Shown here: positions 9,133 to 17,790 of the stretch, in pieces | How the letters are laid out: each line of letters starts with the position of its first letter | Numbering within the stretch: position 1 is the stretch's first letter | Assembly: GCA_963799485.1 (NCBI GenBank) | Contig: CAWCXJ010000012.1 | Coordinates: 1-64,000, forward strand | Direction: 5' to 3' | Origin: an uncultured Trueperaceae bacterium | Lineage (GTDB): Bacteria; Deinococcota; Deinococci; Deinococcales; Trueperaceae | Length of the DNA: 64,000 nucleotides | The notes under the pieces: generated by a model | Database searches by the model: none | What the model saw: only the letters and a program-made list of their open reading frames with translations | What the model was told of the DNA's origin: nothing | Made by a program: the position numbers and the translations under genes

Positions 9133-9633
9133 ATGGATTCTGTCGAGACCCTTGCAAACTGCTGTTCACTACAACCCAAGCCAAATGAAGCAAAAACTTT
9201 GCCCGAGAATGTTTGCTCGGTAAGCGGCACCAAGGGTAAAAGCATCGAACTGATAACCCTAAAAAGCCTACTCATTCCCGCCGCACTTGCTACGCTTGAC
9301 GCAACGCGGGAGTATTATTTCTGCAAAACCGCAACTTGCGACATCGTGTATTTTTCCGGCCCCCTCAGCTTTTCCGTAGGCGATGTAAAGGTGAAGGTTC
9401 ACCAGAAAGACGAAGGAGCCGACGTTCCCGTTTGTTACTGCTTTGGCTGGACCCCTGCCAGCATTGCTCAGGCCGCCGAAACAGGCGAAGCCGACCGGAT
9501 TGTCCCGTCGATAAGCGCCCACATCAAAGCCGGGCGCTGTGGCTGCGAGGTCAATAACCCGCAAGGTTCTTGCTGTCTGGGCAATGTTAATAGCGTGGTG
9601 AAAGAAGCCCAAAAAGCGGAGCTTACCGTATGA
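9133..9633 (+). CDS. Cys-rich Zn/[2Fe-2S] metallochaperone-like protein (CopZ N-terminal-domain type)
   Basis: YYFCKTATCDIVYF, VCYCFG, CGCEVNNPQGSCCLGNV. Confidence 0.8.
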   Translation: MDSVETLANCCSLQPKPNEAKTLPENVCSVSGTKGKSIELITLKSLLIPAALATLDATREYYFCKTATCDIVYFSGPLSFSVGDVKVKVHQKDEGADVPVCYCFGWTPASIAQAAETGEADRIVPSISAHIKAGRCGCEVNNPQGSCCLGNVNSVVKEAQKAELTV

Positions 9634-9932
9634 CCAAGCGAGGCACGTGGGGCACGATATTGCTGGGGTTAGGCTTTGTCTTTTGCCCTTGTCATTTGCT
9701 CATCACCTTACCGCTGTTGGCAGCATGGCTGGGCGGCACGGCTATCTCAGGCTTTCTAGGAGCGAACCTGGCTTTCATCGGGGGGTTGAGCAGCGTGTTG
9801 TTTGTAGCTTTTATGGGACTGGGCTGGTGGCTTATTTCTCAAAAAGACACCTGCCACACCGAGCCGAAAAAAGAACAACTGGAGGCGCGTTATGGCACGC
9901 AAAACCAAAACGGCTATGTCCGAGGACTTTGA
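9630..9932 (+). CDS. Small membrane metal transporter, MerE/MerT-like
   Basis: FCPCHLLITLPLLAA motif in a hydrophobic segment, 2-3 TMs. Confidence 0.6.
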   Translation: MTKRGTWGTILLGLGFVFCPCHLLITLPLLAAWLGGTAISGFLGANLAFIGGLSSVLFVAFMGLGWWLISQKDTCHTEPKKEQLEARYGTQNQNGYVRGL

Positions 9933-9959
9933 AGCAGTAAAAATTTTGGAGGTAGACTA

Positions 9960-11300
9960 ATGGAAAATACTTACGATGTTATTGTTATCGGCGTCGGCAT
10001 GGCCGGGCTCAGCGCGGCGCGGCGCACCGCTTCAGCCAGAAAGGTGGCGGTCATCGACTCGCGCCCTTACGGTGGCACCTGCGCCCTGCGCGGCTGCGAC
10101 CCCAAAAAGGTGCTGGTAGGAGCGGCGGAACTCCTGGACTGGCAGCGCCGCATGAAAGGGCACGGGGTCGCGGGCAAACTGCGTATCGACTGGCCCGACC
10201 TGATGGCGTTCAAGCGCACTTTTACCGAGCCGGTGCCCGACCGGCTCGAGGCCAGCCTCAGCAAGCTGGGCGTCGCCACCTATCACGGCGGCGCACGCTT
10301 TTTAGACGGCCATCGCCTGGACGTGGACGGCGACACGCTGAAGGGTGAGCACATCGTCATCGCCGCGGGTGCGAAACCCCGCGATTTGGGTATTCCCGGT
10401 GCAGAGCACGTCATAACCAGCACCGCTTTCTTGGAGCTTGAGGCCATGCCCGAGCGGGTCGTCTTTATCGGCGGTGGCTACATTTCGTTCGAGTTCGCCC
10501 ATATCGCGGCTCGAGCCGGTGCCGACGTCACCATCTTGCACCGCGGCGAACGCCCCTTGGAAGGGTTCGACGCCGACCTGGTGACGGGTTTGGTAGCTGC
10601 TTCTCGAGAGATTGGCATCGAGGTTAGAGTCGAGACGGAAGCAGCGAGAGTCGAAAAAGTCCGGAAGGGTTTTACCGTCCACACCGCGGAAGGCGAGTCG
10701 TTCGACGCAGACTTGGTCGTTCACGGCGCGGGCCGTGTGCCGGAGATCGAGGCGCTCGAGCTGTCTGCGGGCCACATCGAACACGACCTGACACGAGGCG
10801 TGGTGGTCAGTGAGCATCTGCAAAGCGTCTCCAACCCGGCCGTCTACGCCGCCGGGGACAGTGCCGACACCGAAGGCTTGCCCCTGACCCCGGTCGCGGT
10901 GAGCGAGGGCCTGGTGGTGGCGAGCAACATCCTCAAGGGCAACCGGCGCACGCCCGACTACTCGGGCACGCCGAGCGTCGTGTTTACGGTTCCGGCGCTG
11001 GCCCGAGCCGGGCTCGACGAAGCGCAGGCCGCAGCGCAAGGGCTGAAATTCACCGTGAACCAGCAAGACACCTCGGGCTGGTACAGTTCACGCCGCGTCA
11101 ACGAGAAACACTCGGCCTACAAAGTTCTTGTCGAAGAGGACAGCGGGCGCATCCTGGGGGCGCACCTGCTGGGCAGTCACGCGGGCGAGGTCATCAACAT
11201 GTTCGCCCTCGCCATCCGCCACGGAATAACCGACCGCGACCTCAAGACCTCCCTTTACGTCCATCCCGCAGCGTCGTCGGACGTGAGTTACATGGTGTGA
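9960..11300 (+). CDS. Pyridine nucleotide-disulfide oxidoreductase (glutathione reductase-like)
   Basis: GxGxxG, GGTCALRGCDPKK, GGGYISFEFA; no NmerA domain and no C-terminal CC. Confidence 0.85.
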   Translation: MENTYDVIVIGVGMAGLSAARRTASARKVAVIDSRPYGGTCALRGCDPKKVLVGAAELLDWQRRMKGHGVAGKLRIDWPDLMAFKRTFTEPVPDRLEASLSKLGVATYHGGARFLDGHRLDVDGDTLKGEHIVIAAGAKPRDLGIPGAEHVITSTAFLELEAMPERVVFIGGGYISFEFAHIAARAGADVTILHRGERPLEGFDADLVTGLVAASREIGIEVRVETEAARVEKVRKGFTVHTAEGESFDADLVVHGAGRVPEIEALELSAGHIEHDLTRGVVVSEHLQSVSNPAVYAAGDSADTEGLPLTPVAVSEGLVVASNILKGNRRTPDYSGTPSVVFTVPALARAGLDEAQAAAQGLKFTVNQQDTSGWYSSRRVNEKHSAYKVLVEEDSGRILGAHLLGSHAGEVINMFALAIRHGITDRDLKTSLYVHPAASSDVSYMV

Positions 11301-11378
11301 GCGTACATGGTATGAGCGAGACGAGCTAGCGCCGAATAGCTTACGGGCGGCAACCTTCCAGCTTGCTAGAATGTCGCC

Positions 11379-11821
11379 ATGACATCCCCGGCACCCATGC
11401 AGTCAGCACCCATGCACATCGGCGAACTTGCCGCCCGACTCGGCCTCAACCCTAGGACCATCCGCTATTACGAGCGCATCGGTCTGCTGCTCGAGCCCGA
11501 GCGCAGCGACGCGGGCTACCGCCTTTACGGCGCGGACGCCGCCGAGCGCTTGCACTTTATCCTCAAAGCCAAAACCATCGGCTTGAGCCTGGAAGAGATC
11601 GGCGAGATTTTGTCGCTCCGCGACGAGGATCAGCGCCCCTGTGAACGGGTACTCGGCGCCGTGGACGACAAAATCACCGCCATCGACGCGCAACTCCGCA
11701 CACTGAGCGAGTTGCGAGCCGAGCTCGTTACCCTGCGGACGAGGCCGAGGAGACGCGGTGCCAAGGCGGCTCTTTTTGCAGCATCATCGAGGCACACGAG
11801 GTTACCAACCTCAACCCTTGA
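11379..11821 (+). pseudogene. Second MerR family regulator, frameshifted near 11737
   Basis: MHIGELA..TIRYYERIGLL..GYRLY. The metal-binding tail DEAEETRCQGGSFCSIIEAH lies in a shifted frame ending at TGA 11819-11821. Confidence 0.8.
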
Positions 11822-11849
11822 CCTTCCACTCGAGTGGAAGGCTTACCCT
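11818..11849 (+). promoter_or_regulatory. MerR-type promoter 2
   Basis: TTGACC-20 bp-TACCCT with perfect palindrome CCTTCCACTCGAGTGGAAGG (11822-11841). Confidence 0.85.
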
Positions 11850-11897
11850 CGCGGTAGCTCTCCAAAGAGGGCAAATCTTACTGAGGGAGAATAGTTT

Positions 11898-12230
11898 ATG
11901 ACAACAGATGGCCAATCGATGGAACAGTGTGTCGAACAGTGCCTGGCGGTCGTTCACCGCGCCTCGAGCTGCGCCGGGGAGTGTTTGCGGAGCGACCCCG
12001 AGGCGATGCGCGCGTGCATTCAGCTCTGCCTCGACGCGGTCGACATCGCCGGGGCCTGCGCCGCGATGATGGCGCGCGGTTCGCAGTTCGGTGCGCGGGT
12101 CTGCGGCGTCTGCGCCGAGGTCTGCGACGCCTGCGCGGACGAGTGCGAGAAGTACGAGGGCGACACCATGAAGCGCTGCGCCGAGGCCTGCCGCGCGTGC
12201 GCCGAGACCTGCCGCCAGATGGCCGCTTGA
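11898..12230 (+). CDS. Four-helix-bundle Cys-rich copper storage protein (Csp3/DUF326-like)
   Basis: Repeated CxxxCxxC helices (CGVCAEVCDACADEC, CAEACRACAETC); no signal peptide. Confidence 0.85.
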   Translation: MTTDGQSMEQCVEQCLAVVHRASSCAGECLRSDPEAMRACIQLCLDAVDIAGACAAMMARGSQFGARVCGVCAEVCDACADECEKYEGDTMKRCAEACRACAETCRQMAA

Positions 12231-12265
12231 GCATTTTCAGGTAAGGCAACCTCAAAGCAACAGTG

Positions 12266-12306
12266 CAAACCTGCCGGTTCGGTCAGAACCGGCAGGTTTG
12301 TTCTTT
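12266..12306 (+). terminator. Intrinsic terminator
   Basis: CAAACCTGCCGGTTC-GGTCA-GAACCGGCAGGTTTG followed by TTCTTT. Confidence 0.8.
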
Positions 12307-12311
12307 CCCCC

Positions 12312-12343
12312 TTGACCTTCCATCCGACTGGAAGCTGTACCTT
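12312..12343 (+). promoter_or_regulatory. MerR-type promoter 3
   Basis: TTGACC-20 bp-TACCTT with dyad CTTCCA-N6-TGGAAG. Confidence 0.85.
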
Positions 12344-12384
12344 GAGAGTCACTGCGTCCTTGGGGCGCAGAAACGAGGCAAGCC

Positions 12385-12627
12385 ATGAAAGAAAGCGTGC
12401 ATTTTACCGTCATCGGCGACGACAAGCTCCACTGCTCAGGCTGCGAGCAGCGCGTGGGCCGCGCCCTGAAGCGCGAGCCCGGCGTGGAGGCGGTGCAGGC
12501 CAGTTTCAAAACGCAGAAGGTCGATGTGACCTACGACCCCCAAAAGACCGACCGCCAAAAGCTGCGCGAGCGGCTGAACCTGCTCGGCTACGAGGTGAAC
12601 CAAGATGATCGAACCGCTCAGCACTGA
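12385..12627 (+). CDS. copZ: HMA-domain metal chaperone (CopZ-like)
   Basis: LHCSGCE motif, 80 aa. Confidence 0.8.
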   Translation: MKESVHFTVIGDDKLHCSGCEQRVGRALKREPGVEAVQASFKTQKVDVTYDPQKTDRQKLRERLNLLGYEVNQDDRTAQH

Positions 12628-12925
12628 CGACCTCGCGGCTCGAGCCCTGGGGACTGACACGCCCATAGCGCTCGACTTTTACCAGGAGAGCTGCCCGCCC
12701 TGCCACGTCCTGACTCCAAGGCTCGAGCGGGTTGCCAAAGCCTTTGAAGGGCGCGTGCGGGTCTACCGCATCGACATCGACCGGGACATGCCCCTGGCCG
12801 AGCGCTTCGGCGTGATGAGCCTGCCGACGGTGCTGGTGCTCGAAGGGGGCCGGGAGGTGGCGCGCCTCGACGGGCTCATCCGCGAAGCCGACCTCCAAAA
12901 AACCTTCGAGGCGGTGACGCGGTGA
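12605..12925 (+). CDS. Thioredoxin family protein
   Basis: DFYQESCPPCH, FGVMSLPT. Confidence 0.85.
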   Translation: MIEPLSTDDLAARALGTDTPIALDFYQESCPPCHVLTPRLERVAKAFEGRVRVYRIDIDRDMPLAERFGVMSLPTVLVLEGGREVARLDGLIREADLQKTFEAVTR

Positions 12926-15438
12926 ACTCGCAGCCTAGAACCACCAACGACCCCGCCGCCTTTGCGGGCGAAGGCAGCCTTGAGACGCTACAGCTCAAAA
13001 TCGGCGGGATGTCCTGCTCGTTCTGCGTGGCCAGCATCACCACAGCCCTCTCCCGCATGGACGGCGTGGCGGAGGCCAGCGTCAACCTCGCCCACGAAGA
13101 GGCGCTCATCCGCTACGAACCGTCGCGGGTCACGCCGAGTGAACTCAAAGAGACCCTGCTCGAGCTCGGCTACACCGTGCGCGACCCCGACAAGGTGCGC
13201 ACCTTCGAGGAAGAGGAAAGGGAGCTTAAGCGCGAACGCAACAACCTGCTCTTCGCCGCCACGCTGACCGTCCTGGCGCTGTTGGGCGCCATGAGCCGCT
13301 GGATGGGGATGCCGATGCAGGGCGTTCTGCCCGAAATCCTGATGTGGCTCATGCCGACCCTGGCGCTGAGCGTCATCTTCGGCCCCGGCTGGCACATCCT
13401 GACGATGGGCTGGGCCAGCCTCAAGCGCGGCATCCTCAACCAGCATGTACTGTTGGAGTTCGGCGCTTTCGCCGGGCTCGCCGGCGGCTTTCTCGCTTTT
13501 ATCATCCCGAGTTTCCCGCTGGCCGACTTTTTCGCCGTGGCGGTGTTCGTCACCACCTACCACCTGCTCTCGGGCTACGTGTCGCTGCGGGTGCGCACCC
13601 GCAGTTCGCAGGCGGTGCGCAAGCTTTTAGACCTGGTGCCGCCCACCGCCCGGGTGGTGCATGACGGGCTCGAGACAGAGGTGCCCCTTGAAGAGGTGCG
13701 CCCCGGCGACCTGGTGCGGGTGCGCCCCGGCGAGTCCATCCCCGTCGACGGCGAGGTGGTCGAGGGCGCGTCGGGCGTGGACCAGAGCCTGGTCACCGGC
13801 GAGTCCATCCCCGAGGAGAAAGCGCCCGGCGATGAGGTGATCGGCGGCTCGGTCAACGGCAACGGCACCCTGCTCGTTCAGGTCACGCGGGTCGGGTCGG
13901 AGAGCTTCTTGCAGCGCGTCGCGCGGCAGGTCGAGGAGGCGCGCGCCCTCAAGCCGGGCATCTTGCAACTCGTCGATGTGGTGCTCAAATACTACGTGCC
14001 GGGCGTGCTCGTGTTCGCCGCCGCGAGCCTCCTCATCTGGACGCTCGGCGCATTCGCCGTGACGGGTCAGGTGGACTTGGTCCGCGCCATCTTCGCCACG
14101 CTGGCGGTGCTGGTGATGGGCTATCCCTGTGCGCTGGGGATGGCGACGCCCTTAGCACTCATCCGAGGTGGCGGCATCGCAGCCGAGAAGGGCGTCCTCA
14201 TGCGCTCGGGCGAGGCCTTCCAGGTGCTCAAGGACATCAAAAAGGTGGCGCTCGACAAGACGGGTACGATCACCCAGGGGAAGCCCGAAGTGGGTGAAAT
14301 CGTGCCACTTGAAGGCTTCGGCGAAGCCGAGGTGCTGCGGCTCGCCGCGGCGGTCGAGCGCGCCTCCGAACACCCGCTGGCGCGGGCGGTGGTAGAGGCC
14401 GCCGAGGCTCGAGGTATCGCGTCCCCCGTTGCCGAAGATTTCAGAGCGACCACCGGCAAAGGGGTGACGGCGACCCTCGAAGGCCAACGCGCCGTGGTGG
14501 GCAGCCCCCGCTTTCTCGAGGCGGCAGGGGTGTCGCTGGGGTCGGTAAGGGAAAGGCTCGAGGCCCTGCAAAGTGCGGGCAACACGGTCGTCGTTTTGGC
14601 GCTGGACGGTCGGCTCGCCGGGCTCATCGCCATCGCCGACGCGCTCAAAGCCGACGCGGTAGAAGCGGTAGAACGGATGCGTGCGGCGGGGCTCGAGCCC
14701 ATCATGCTCACCGGCGACAACGCCCGCACCGCCAGGGCGGTCGCCGCCAAGATCGGCATCAGCGACTACCGCGCCGAGGTGCTGCCTGAAGACAAGGCGG
14801 CGGCGGTGCGGGACTTGCAAGGCCGGGGCCACCGCGTGATTATGGTCGGCGACGGCGTCAACGACGCCCCCGCCTTGATGCAGGCCGAGGTGGGCATGGC
14901 CATCGGCGCGGGCACCGACATCGCCATCGAGTCGGCGGACGTGGTGCTGGTCGGCGAGCGCTTAGGCGCGGTGGTGGACGCCTACTACATCGGCAAGAGT
15001 TCGTACCGCAAGACGGTGCAAAACCTGTCGCTGGCCTTCGCCTTCAACGGGATAGGTGTGCCCTTGGCCGTCACCGGGCTGGTGCACCCGGCCTGGGCGA
15101 TGGTCGCCATGATAGCCAGCGTGACAACCGTGCTCACCAACTCGTTCGCCGGTCGGCTGCTGCCCCAAAGGCGGGGCGGGAGCGAAGAGCAGCTTACCTT
15201 GCGCGTCGCCAACATGCACTGTGAAGGCTGTGTGGACACGATGCGAAATGCCGTCTGCAAGCTGCCGGGCATCGTCAACGTCACGGGCGACCCTGAACAG
15301 CAGACCCTGACCGTGACTTATCGCGCGGGAACGGTGACGCCGGGCGGCATCCGCCAGGCCCTCGCCGAGAGCGGCTTTCGCGTCGTTCGACCTCACGAAT
15401 ATTCTCATCGACACGCACTTCATAAAGGAGAAAACTGA
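12922..15438 (+). CDS. Heavy-metal P1B-type ATPase with N- and C-terminal HMA domains and a YPC motif
   Basis: GMSCSFC, TGES, GYPCALG, DKTGT, SEHPLA, GDGVNDAP, C-terminal MHCEGC. Confidence 0.92.
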   Translation: MNSQPRTTNDPAAFAGEGSLETLQLKIGGMSCSFCVASITTALSRMDGVAEASVNLAHEEALIRYEPSRVTPSELKETLLELGYTVRDPDKVRTFEEEERELKRERNNLLFAATLTVLALLGAMSRWMGMPMQGVLPEILMWLMPTLALSVIFGPGWHILTMGWASLKRGILNQHVLLEFGAFAGLAGGFLAFIIPSFPLADFFAVAVFVTTYHLLSGYVSLRVRTRSSQAVRKLLDLVPPTARVVHDGLETEVPLEEVRPGDLVRVRPGESIPVDGEVVEGASGVDQSLVTGESIPEEKAPGDEVIGGSVNGNGTLLVQVTRVGSESFLQRVARQVEEARALKPGILQLVDVVLKYYVPGVLVFAAASLLIWTLGAFAVTGQVDLVRAIFATLAVLVMGYPCALGMATPLALIRGGGIAAEKGVLMRSGEAFQVLKDIKKVALDKTGTITQGKPEVGEIVPLEGFGEAEVLRLAAAVERASEHPLARAVVEAAEARGIASPVAEDFRATTGKGVTATLEGQRAVVGSPRFLEAAGVSLGSVRERLEALQSAGNTVVVLALDGRLAGLIAIADALKADAVEAVERMRAAGLEPIMLTGDNARTARAVAAKIGISDYRAEVLPEDKAAAVRDLQGRGHRVIMVGDGVNDAPALMQAEVGMAIGAGTDIAIESADVVLVGERLGAVVDAYYIGKSSYRKTVQNLSLAFAFNGIGVPLAVTGLVHPAWAMVAMIASVTTVLTNSFAGRLLPQRRGGSEEQLTLRVANMHCEGCVDTMRNAVCKLPGIVNVTGDPEQQTLTVTYRAGTVTPGGIRQALAESGFRVVRPHEYSHRHALHKGEN

Positions 15439-16007
15439 TGGAACGCAACCACGACATGACCCGCAACCTGATCGTCACCGCGCTGGTCGCCTTGCTGATG
15501 GCGGGGTTCGTGCTGGCCTACACCCTCTTGAACCCGGCTCGAGCCCAGATGAATGAGGGGATGAGCATGACGATTGAGGGGCCGATAATTCCCCCGGTCA
15601 GGGCTTACTACGACGGTGAAGAGGTGCTGTTTATGCACACCGAAACCTCCGACGCCGACACCGCCGCGCTTCTGAGCGACATGATGGGCTCGCCGGTGCT
15701 GGTGGTGCCGCAGCTGGCCAACGTTCCCGAGGACGCCCTCGCCAAGGTCTATGTGTTCACCAACGGCGTCGAGGGGGAGGGACCGCTGGGCTTTCAGCCC
15801 GACATATTCGACTCGGCTCCCGGCGACGCGGGCTACAGCCCGCTGCGCGCGCTCTACCTGGTCACCTGGAACGACGCGGGTGCCGCGCGAGAACTCACCG
15901 CCCTGAGCGAGGTCACAGCCGCAGAACAAGCCGGTGAACTTATCACCGAGCGCCAAGACGCGGTCATCAACGAGCCGTTTCTGACCTGGCCGGGCGGACA
16001 GCGGTAG
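15438..16007 (+). CDS. Secreted or membrane-anchored hypothetical protein
   Basis: N-terminal hydrophobic segment; VYVFTNGV..GFQPDIFDSAPG..YSPLR looks like a conserved domain; coupled to the ATPase stop codon. Confidence 0.7.
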   Translation: MERNHDMTRNLIVTALVALLMAGFVLAYTLLNPARAQMNEGMSMTIEGPIIPPVRAYYDGEEVLFMHTETSDADTAALLSDMMGSPVLVVPQLANVPEDALAKVYVFTNGVEGEGPLGFQPDIFDSAPGDAGYSPLRALYLVTWNDAGAARELTALSEVTAAEQAGELITERQDAVINEPFLTWPGGQR

Positions 16008-16011
16008 CGCC

Positions 16012-16356
16012 GTGCGCACTGCTAGAGACGTCTTCGAAGCCCACCTGAGGGAAAACGAGACGGGAACGGTCGACAGCGACCTGCGCCAAAACTACGCCGA
16101 GGATGTCGTCGTCCTCACGGGCCACGGCATCTTCCACGGGCACGACGGCGTGAGGGAAGTCAACCGACGGCTGCAAGAGGCGTTGCCACAGGCCGACTAT
16201 ACCTACAAAACCAAACGTGTCGCGGGTGAACTCGCCTTTCTCGAGTGGACCGCCCAAACCGAACTAGTGCTGGTAGAAGATGGTGCGGATTCCTACCTCA
16301 TCCGCGATGGGCGCATCGTCGGGCAGACGATTCATTACACCGTAAAACGGCGTTGA
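16012..16356 (+). CDS. SnoaL/NTF2-like protein
   Basis: NYAEDVVVL..GHDGV..FLEW..DGADSYLIRDGRIVGQTIHY. Confidence 0.75.
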   Translation: MRTARDVFEAHLRENETGTVDSDLRQNYAEDVVVLTGHGIFHGHDGVREVNRRLQEALPQADYTYKTKRVAGELAFLEWTAQTELVLVEDGADSYLIRDGRIVGQTIHYTVKRR

Positions 16357-16499
16357 GGGGGTTCGCGTTGGCGTGCGACCCTTCACGTTTTGCCCTAGCG
16401 CCCACAACTGCGGCGCGATTACATCTGAGTGAGCACCGCGCCCGTCGAGGGCTGTAAAGCGCCGAACACAAAACCACCTTTCGGGCGATGCTGGTAATC

Positions 16500-17180
16500 G
16501 AGGGGGCGACCTTTGCTCGCCCAGCAGGGGAACTGTAAATCTTGGTGAGCTGCTTGCCTTCATAAGTTCGCGAGGCGAGCGGTTCCACCTCGTCTATACA
16601 GAGGACGACGCTATGCTCGGGAGGGTTGGTGTAGAGCTGTGGGGTGACCCCCTTGTATGTTGAGGATGGGACACGGCACGCTGTCCGTCTCCCGCCTCTG
16701 GCGGAAGCCTACGGAACTAACCTTCTTGCTGTCGCCAACGTAACCCTTTGTTCCTGAAGATTTCGCTCATGCGGCTACGGCTCATGGCGACGCCTTTTGC
16801 TTCACTCAGGTAGGTCGTCAACCTGTCGAGCGTCCACGCGCCGAACGGCAAGTCCAGCGTCATCCGGCTTCGTTAAGGCGGTTTGAATGACGACGCTCAC
16901 GTGCTCCGTCTTATAGATGTGCGGCCGTCCATGACGCGGTCCTTCTTCTCACCCTGGGATACCTAGCTTGCTGAAGCGGTTGACCCACTTTCCGACGCTC
17001 TGATGATGCAGCCCCGGGCTTCTCGGCGATCTCTTGCACGAGCAAACCCCGGTGCGACAGTAAGACAACCCGTGCCCGCCGCACCTTACTCACGCCCATC
17101 GTGCGCGAGCATTCGAGAGCGTTTGAGTTCCTGGTATTCCGCTTCAGTCAATCTGCGGACACGGGTGTAAGGGCGCATAA
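16500..17180 (-). pseudogene. Degenerate IS630-family transposase
   Basis: Fragments RRARVVLLSHRG, RKWVNRF..G..EGPRHGRP and VVLCIDEVEP, with stops and frameshifts; limits approximate. Confidence 0.6.
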
Positions 17181-17249
17181 CTCACCTCCGTTGCATGTAC
17201 CTCAGCTTACTTCTGACATGAACTAACCGGATGAATCATTAAGGCGCGT

Positions 17250-17790
17250 CAGCTCGTTTTTGTGATGCGGATGCGCCACGATACCCTGATTGGCTCGAAG
17301 GGTTGCACCCGCTCAGCGCAGCAGCGTTATGGCTACCCGGCCAACCAAGAGGTTTATGTTTGCTCTAAACGCTGCCGGGTTTTTGGGTTACGCTTAGGTG
17401 TCGCCGTGACCCAGAGTAAAAAAGGCGAACTCGTGGTACTCGTGTGTAACGCCGATCCCGACCAAGCGCTTCGACGTTACCCGGCTCGCCGGCAAATCGA
17501 ATTCAGCGAAGCGCCGAGGCGAAGCCGTCCGCTTTTGTCCGCCTTGAAGTCACGGGGCTTTAACCTCGAAGACACCCACATGACCACGTCCTAACAGCTG
17601 GATAAACTTTTGGCTCTGTTGGCGATCGTGTTTGCCTGGGCACATCTTGTCGGTGAGCGGTGCTACCACGACCGGTCGTTAAAGCTTAAAGATGGTTACC
17701 TGCCCCAAAGCTGTTTCAAACGCGGCCTCGACGCGCTTCGCTCAGCCATCCTCGCAGGTCATGCGCCCGCCCCCATCAGCCTTGACCATT
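17250..17790 (+). pseudogene. IS4-like transposase 3' remnant; its tail resumes at 18666-18697 after the IS5 insertion
   Basis: RRQIE..ALKSRGFNLEDTH, SCFKRGLDALRSAIL; final CLKLLSP* and TGTCCCCGTAG lie after the IS5 element. Confidence 0.7.
17502..17528 (+). repeat. 27-nt small inserted element, copy 2
   Basis: TTCAGCGAAGCGCCGAGGCGAAGCCGT, 23/27 identical to copy 1; removal restores RQIE-xL-xSALKSRG spacing. Confidence 0.8.

Noticed and set aside
9960..11300. merA (mercuric reductase)
   Set aside because: Lacks the C-terminal Cys-Cys pair and NmerA domain; the active site CALRGCDPKK is GR-like.
12922..15438. Gene symbol copA
   Set aside because: Transmembrane metal-site motifs deviate from CPC/YN/MxxSS, so the substrate cannot be assigned.
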